A DNA stretch of 41,564 nucleotides, taken from contig DATDWC010000079.1 of NCBI GenBank assembly GCA_035289805.1, positions 1 to 41,564 on the forward strand, read 5' to 3'. Origin of the DNA: Candidatus Peribacterales bacterium. GTDB lineage: Bacteria > Patescibacteriota > Gracilibacteria > Peribacterales > Peribacteraceae. The translations under genes were made by a program, and so were the position numbers. Positions within the stretch are counted from its first letter, which is position 1; the number at the start of each line of letters is the position of its first letter. The notes under the pieces are model-generated. The model ran no database searches. It saw only the letters and a program-made list of their open reading frames with translations, and was not told the origin of the DNA. This document shows, piece by piece, positions 36,412 to 41,564 of this stretch.

Positions 36412-37950
36412 TTAAAGGATGTACTCGAGCCCGCGCTCTGGCATGAGGACTTCGATGCCCCGGGCTGCTTTCGTCCGTGTCGCTATCGCGGCCATCCCCT
36501 GCTCTTCCCCATGCACAAAGAAAATCTTTTTGAGGGTCGGGATCGAGGCGATAAATGCATCGAGATCGCGCATGTCGGCATGTCCCGAATATGCATTGAT
36601 GTACACCATCTCCGCTCTCTTCTGGTACGTGCGATCAAAAATCCTCACTGAGCGAATATTCTTCTCTATCAAACGTCGACCGAGTGTGTGCTCTGCCATG
36701 TAGCCAACAGCAAGGAAAGTGGATCGTGGATCTTCGATCGAGTGTGCAAGGTGGTGACGAATGCGACCTCCTTCGCACATGCCGGAGCCTGCCATAATGA
36801 TCATAGGGCCAGGGACGTTATTCAGCGCTTTGCTTTCCTCCACGGATTCCGTGTAGCGGACAATGGAAAAATGGAATGGGCTATGGGCACGTGCAAGGAA
36901 CTGATCGTACATTTCGCGGTCGTAGCATTCGGGGTGCTTCATGAAGATATCTGTCACTCGTGATGCGAGAGGTGAATCGATGATGATCGGGATGGATGGA
37001 ATCTTCTTTTCATCCCACAGGAGATGGAGATCGTAGAGAATCTCCTGTGTCCGTTCGAGTGAGAATGCTGGAATGAGAATTTTTCCCCCTCGCCCCGCCG
37101 TGCGGTTTACCACTTCGGCCAGGGAGTTCTTTGCTGATTCGATATCCTCATGGAGGCGGTTCCCATAGGTGCTCTCGCAGATGAGAATATCCACAGGAGG
37201 CATAGATGCGGGATCACGGATAATCGGGAGCATGGCACGCCCCAAATCCCCACTGAATCCGATGCGAAATACGTCATGCTGAGCGGAATCCGGAGCATCC
37301 GACGAGGATGCGACGGATGGAGTCGAAGCACCTCGCATTGACTTCGAAGCTGATTTTTCTGATCCTTGCGACGCGCTTCGACTGCGTTCCGCTTCGCTCA
37401 GCGAAGCTTCACTTCGCTCAGCATGACGTGAAATTTCTAAAACAACCATTGCAGCACCGAGCACATGCCCTGCATCTAAAAACTGCACTCTCACACCCGG
37501 TACCGCTTCGAACCATTCACCGTAGTTCATCCCCTTAAAGAGCTCGCCACAATCGATCGCATCCTGCTGGGTGTAGAGCGGTCCATCGCAATCCACCATG
37601 GTGAGGGAACAGTGCTTGGTGAAGAATGCCTCATCCTTCTCCTGGAGGTATCCCCCATCCTGCAGCATCACCGGTGCAAGATCTTTGGTGGCATACGTAC
37701 AAAACACCGGGCCACGGTAGCCACGCTTCCAGAGCACAGGGATACGTCCCACATGATCCATGTGTGCATGGGAGAGGATCACCGCATCGATTTCGCCAGG
37801 GTTGAATGAGAGTGTTGCATTCTTTTCAACGGAGATCCTTCGGCTCCCCTGGAAGAGCCCGCAATCGAGCAGGATACGCTTCCCACCAATCTGAAGTTCG
37901 TGACAGGAGCCGGTGACTTCTCGTGCCGCGCCATGAGATATGAGTTTCAT
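36412..37950 (-). CDS. Metallo-beta-lactamase fold, beta-CASP family RNA-processing nuclease (RNase J/CPSF-like)
   Basis: MKLISHGAAREVTGSCHEL, LSHAHMDHVG (HxHxDH), AGHVLGAA, FSGDLG, CESTYG and a C-terminal SGHAD. Start set at the ATG at 37950. The ORF track extension to 38076 would overlap the divergent gene. Confidence 0.85.
   Translation of the reverse strand: MKLISHGAAREVTGSCHELQIGGKRILLDCGLFQGSRRISVEKNATLSFNPGEIDAVILSHAHMDHVGRIPVLWKRGYRGPVFCTYATKDLAPVMLQDGGYLQEKDEAFFTKHCSLTMVDCDGPLYTQQDAIDCGELFKGMNYGEWFEAVPGVRVQFLDAGHVLGAAMVVLEISRHAERSEASLSEAERSRSASQGSEKSASKSMRGASTPSVASSSDAPDSAQHDVFRIGFSGDLGRAMLPIIRDPASMPPVDILICESTYGNRLHEDIESAKNSLAEVVNRTAGRGGKILIPAFSLERTQEILYDLHLLWDEKKIPSIPIIIDSPLASRVTDIFMKHPECYDREMYDQFLARAHSPFHFSIVRYTESVEESKALNNVPGPMIIMAGSGMCEGGRIRHHLAHSIEDPRSTFLAVGYMAEHTLGRRLIEKNIRSVRIFDRTYQKRAEMVYINAYSGHADMRDLDAFIASIPTLKKIFFVHGEEQGMAAIATRTKAARGIEVLMPERGLEYIL
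37271..37429. repeat. 159 nt element bounded by perfect 15 nt inverted repeats, inserted in frame in the beta-CASP gene
   Basis: ACGTCATGCTGAGCG (37271-37285) and CGCTCAGCATGACGT (37415-37429) are exact reverse complements. An internal hairpin gcttcgc-tca-gcgaagc lies at 37391-37407. The length is 53 codons. The termini match the 18041-18138 element. Confidence 0.55.
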
Positions 37951-37975
37951 CATGTGAAAGTGTACACTGCAACTC

Positions 37976-39514
37976 ATGGTGGCGCGCGACAAGACCGGCG
38001 CTTCGAACGAAAGCGATTTCTGGAATTTACTCGCGCTCCTCTGCCTCGTTTTCGTTCTCCTCACCTCCTTCTTCACCTACTTCTATAGGTACCAGGAACC
38101 GCAAGCGCCTTTCTGGGACGAGAACTACTACATCACGGATGCGGAGAAAATTCTAAATGGAACGTTCCACATGCAGATTCATCCGCCACTTGGGAAACTC
38201 CTCATTGCCGCAGGTGAAGCACTCTTTGATAGTAATACGGATGATTCCACATTCCTCGATACAGAGCATGCGGGAGAATTCCCCGCAGAATTCTCCTTCC
38301 TTGGGTACCGCTTCTTCCCCGCTCTCCTTGGATGGCTCACGGCACCACTCCTCTTTTTGTGTCTCCTTCTCCTTGTGAGGAATCCGCTCCTCGCAACACT
38401 CCTCACATTTCCCTACCTCTTCGATAACGCACTCCTCGTCCATAGCCGGGGCGCAATGCTCGATTCCTCGCTCAACTTCTTCTTCGTTGCAGCGATCCTC
38501 TTCTTCATCCTGCTCACAAAGACTCCGCACAGGAAGAAAGCATTCCTCTGGCTCGCTGCACTCCTTGGTATCACGATCGGTCTTGCGATCACCACAAAAA
38601 TGAACGGCGCAGTGCTGCTCTTGCTGATTCCAACACTCTGCATTCGCTTCCGGCGGGAGCTCCATGATCTTTTTGCTCTACTCACTACACTGAGTGGAGG
38701 TTTTTTGATTGTCTTCGTGAGTGTCTGGTTCCTCTTCCTCTCTGGAATGGATACGATACAGACAGAGCTCCGGGATGAAGGATGGTTTAGTGCATCGGAG
38801 GAGTACAAAGAAATCATTCGGAAGGGGAAGCAATCTTCCCTCACTTCGTTCCCTGTGATGCTGCGCGATCACCTGCGCTATGCACCAGAGTACAACAGCG
38901 GCATCCCCAAGCTCGATCTCTGTAAGCCGGATGAAAACGGCAGCCCCATCTTCCTCTGGCCATTTGGCGTGACTGCCATTAACTACCGATGGGCATCTTC
39001 GGGCGAAAATACCTACCGCTACCTCTACCTCGTCGCAAATCCTGCAGCGTGGGCAGCAGGCCTCGCGGGAGTTCTCCTCTCTGCGGCGTACCTCCTCTCC
39101 CCTCTCTTTGGAAAAAAGCGAACAACGCGCGCAGAGCGTGATCTCGCGTTCTACGGAACAACCCTCCTTACAATCTACGTTGGCTACATGGGGGCATTCA
39201 TGTTGATGGATCGGGTGCACTTCCTCTATAGCTACTTCCCCGCGCTTCTCACGAGCTTCCTTTTGCTTGGCATTGTGTTCTCTGTAGCAACCTCCCTTGG
39301 ATCGGAGAAGCTGACAGAAGAGCGAAAAATCCTGATCGCGATGTTCATGGCCTGCCTCATCTTCCTCTGCTTCCAGATCTATCGCCCGCTCACCTACTAC
39401 GAGCCGATCACAGATGAAGGAGTCACAAATCGCGCAATCTTCCGCCTCTGGAATCTGCGGTGTGTGGATTGCGAAAAGCCGAGCCCCTTAGTACGGCATC
39501 AATGCGAGGTATGA
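37976..39514 (+). CDS. GT-C fold membrane glycosyltransferase, PMT (GT39)-like
   Basis: 512 aa polytopic protein. The first loop has FWDENYYITDAEK (DE motif) and HPPLGKLLIA, typical of protein O-mannosyltransferase-like enzymes. Confidence 0.8.
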   Translation: MVARDKTGASNESDFWNLLALLCLVFVLLTSFFTYFYRYQEPQAPFWDENYYITDAEKILNGTFHMQIHPPLGKLLIAAGEALFDSNTDDSTFLDTEHAGEFPAEFSFLGYRFFPALLGWLTAPLLFLCLLLLVRNPLLATLLTFPYLFDNALLVHSRGAMLDSSLNFFFVAAILFFILLTKTPHRKKAFLWLAALLGITIGLAITTKMNGAVLLLLIPTLCIRFRRELHDLFALLTTLSGGFLIVFVSVWFLFLSGMDTIQTELRDEGWFSASEEYKEIIRKGKQSSLTSFPVMLRDHLRYAPEYNSGIPKLDLCKPDENGSPIFLWPFGVTAINYRWASSGENTYRYLYLVANPAAWAAGLAGVLLSAAYLLSPLFGKKRTTRAERDLAFYGTTLLTIYVGYMGAFMLMDRVHFLYSYFPALLTSFLLLGIVFSVATSLGSEKLTEERKILIAMFMACLIFLCFQIYRPLTYYEPITDEGVTNRAIFRLWNLRCVDCEKPSPLVRHQCEV

Positions 39515-40791
39515 AAGTCCTCGGTCCCATATTCAGGCACAATTGGCCTCTCTGTGGCATCATGGTATTCGGGGTTTTACTGAGATTCATCTATGTTCTC
39601 GCTACCCCCTTCGCCGTGCGTTCCTACGATGCGGAGGGCCATATCACCTATATTTTTTATGTCTTTTCGCACTGGACGATTCCGGAGCCGGAAGCAGCAT
39701 GGCAATTCTTTCAGCCTCCGCTCTACTACTTTTTCTCCGCGATCCTCATCGCTCCATTCAGGTCCATGCACCTGGATCGTGAATTCATCATTGGGCTTTT
39801 GCAGATCGAATCTTTCCTCTTAACAGTAGTGGCGTTTCTTGCTGGCATTTGGGTGGGAACACTCCTCTTCCGCGATGAAAAGAAGCGAAGACCACTTCTC
39901 ATTTTTTCTCTTCTAATTGCTGTTTTCCCAGCTGTTATTTTTCCCTCTTCGCGTATCTCGAATGATACGCCGATGCTCCTCGTGTTTTTTCTTTCCTTTG
40001 GATTTTTACAGCGCTTTTGGATGCAAGGGAAACTACGGGATTGGTATATCGCACTCATCATCATTGCTCTTGGCATCCTCACAAAGAGCAATGCGATTCC
40101 CCTCCTCGTCGCTGCGTTCATTCTCCTTGTACTGCAGAGATCATTACCGAGAAAGCAGCTCTTCAAGCACGCTACACTCTCGATAGGGATCCTTGTAAGC
40201 CTCGTTGGATGGTACGTGTTCTTAAGAATTCTACAGGGGCAGGAACACATCGTCGGCAATATCGGAATGAATAATGCGAAGCTTTTTATCCAAAATTGGC
40301 ATTGGACGAATCTGTTTGTTTTTCGCCCTCATGCTCTGTTTGAGTTTCCCTTCTATTCCTCGTGGGATGATACGACCGGCCGCCCGTTCCTTTTTGAAGT
40401 GCTCTTTAAATCCGCACTTTCGGGCGAATGGAATTTTGGAAGTACCGCCAATAATCTCCTTCGCATCATCTATGTATTCAACTTCTTTTTCTTCTTCCTC
40501 TGCCTGAGAGGATTGATCTCCGCAATCAAGCATTCTTCCCGAGAACATCTCCCTCTCATCATCACAGGTGTAATCTTTATAGTCTCCATGATGGCTCTCG
40601 TGGCACAGAAGCACGTCGGCGGACTCCAGGATTTTCGGTACGTACCAATCCTCCTTCTTCCTATTTTTTATTTCACTGTGAAGGGAGCACTATCTCTTTC
40701 CGAATCTTTGCAAAAGATCATCCTTCCGCTCTTTCCGATATATGCTCTGGTGCTCACGACGTATATCGGCATTGTTCTTGCCGAGATTTAA
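39511..40791 (+). CDS. GT-C fold membrane glycosyltransferase, PMT_2/ArnT-like
   Basis: Polytopic protein. YDAEGHITYI and FFQPPLYYFF loop motifs. The ATG at 39511 overlaps the upstream stop (ATGA). Confidence 0.7.
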   Translation: MKVLGPIFRHNWPLCGIMVFGVLLRFIYVLATPFAVRSYDAEGHITYIFYVFSHWTIPEPEAAWQFFQPPLYYFFSAILIAPFRSMHLDREFIIGLLQIESFLLTVVAFLAGIWVGTLLFRDEKKRRPLLIFSLLIAVFPAVIFPSSRISNDTPMLLVFFLSFGFLQRFWMQGKLRDWYIALIIIALGILTKSNAIPLLVAAFILLVLQRSLPRKQLFKHATLSIGILVSLVGWYVFLRILQGQEHIVGNIGMNNAKLFIQNWHWTNLFVFRPHALFEFPFYSSWDDTTGRPFLFEVLFKSALSGEWNFGSTANNLLRIIYVFNFFFFFLCLRGLISAIKHSSREHLPLIITGVIFIVSMMALVAQKHVGGLQDFRYVPILLLPIFYFTVKGALSLSESLQKIILPLFPIYALVLTTYIGIVLAEI

Positions 40792-40811
40792 AGGCACAAA
40801 AAAAGCCCTCT

Positions 40812-40929
40812 ATCTTGGCGGCGACCTACTCTGGCGTGGCGAATGCCACACTACCATCGGCGCGCCCGGGCTTAACTGCCGTGTTCGGAATGGGAACGGG
40901 TGTACCCCCGGGGCTAGAACCACCAAGAG
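40812..40929 (-). rRNA. rrf: 5S ribosomal RNA
   Basis: The reverse complement reads ...CTTGGTGGTTCTAGCCCCGGGGGTACACCCGTTCCCATTCCGAACACGGCAGTTAAGCCCGGGCGCGCCGATGGTAGTGTGG...CCAGAGTAGGTCGCCGCCAAG. Helix I pairs 40920-40928 with 40813-40821. A flanking GCCCT/AGGGC stem and a T7 run follow on the minus strand. Confidence 0.9.
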
Positions 40930-40956
40930 ACAGGGCTCTTGAAAAAAATTAATGAT

Positions 40957-41019
40957 GAAGTAAGGAGGTAAGGGAGGAAGGAAGTACTAGTACTTCCTTA
41001 CTTCAATACCTCCTTACTT
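40957..41019 (-). repeat. Long interrupted palindrome or hairpin in the 23S-5S spacer
   Basis: Perfect 22 nt palindrome 40978-40999 (AAGGAAGTACTAGTACTTCCTT). It is flanked by a 13 bp outer stem, 40958-40970 (AAGTAAGGAGGTA) pairing with 41007-41019 (TACCTCCTTACTT). Confidence 0.5.
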
Positions 41020-41165
41020 ATAACCATGTCCACATACTGCTTGCCAAGCGATCCGCCTTTCGACGGACCGCAGGCACATGAACAGCGATTTCCGTGCATA
41101 CCCCACTACGCTCCTTACGGAGCTTCGTGAGGCAAGAGAGAAATGTTCTTGCTTCATCAATAAAG

Positions 41166-41564
<399 letters not shown>

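Overview
A 41.6 kb chromosomal segment from a bacterium using the standard code: TGA is a real stop (for example dprA at 6866-6868) and the long ORFs are intact. GC looks moderate by eye and genes are tightly packed. The content fits a reduced-genome, Candidate-Phyla-Radiation/Patescibacteria-like organism, but that assignment is an inference. Left half, mixed strands: thioredoxin-fold protein, metallophosphoesterase, rpiB, rpe, a catalytically degenerate FtsE-like ABC domain, purM, an MTase-like ORF, dprA, mltG, ybaB, a large membrane-anchored VirD4/TraD-like P-loop ATPase, an EEP nuclease, an M24 aminopeptidase, glyQS, hisS, a GT2, gyrB, a Cys-rich secreted protein and a vapBC toxin-antitoxin pair. 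Right half, minus strand: the S10-spc ribosomal protein cluster from rplC to secY. It lacks rpsJ (S10) and rpmD (L30), and a DJ-1/PfpI gene plus a Cys-rich secreted-protein gene sit between rpsE and rplO. After that come a secreted Ca-binding/Cys-repeat protein operon, a beta-CASP metallo-beta-lactamase RNase-like gene, two tandem GT-C (PMT/ArnT-like) membrane glycosyltransferases, a 5S rRNA and the 3' end of a 23S rRNA. No CRISPR array, tRNA, transposase or integrase was seen. The points most worth follow-up are listed here. (1) An EEP nuclease, orphan VirD4-like ATPase and YbaB gene string with no other secretion genes nearby. (2) A small repeat family with ACGTCATGCTGAG terminal inverted repeats: one intergenic copy and one exactly in-frame 159 nt copy inside the beta-CASP gene, plus other in-frame hairpin or low-complexity inserts in hisS and pepP. 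(3) The non-ribosomal insertion and missing genes in the ribosomal cluster. (4) Several multi-stem intergenic elements. (5) An apparent lack of Shine-Dalgarno motifs. All calls rest on reading the translations and the sequence by eye; no database search was run.
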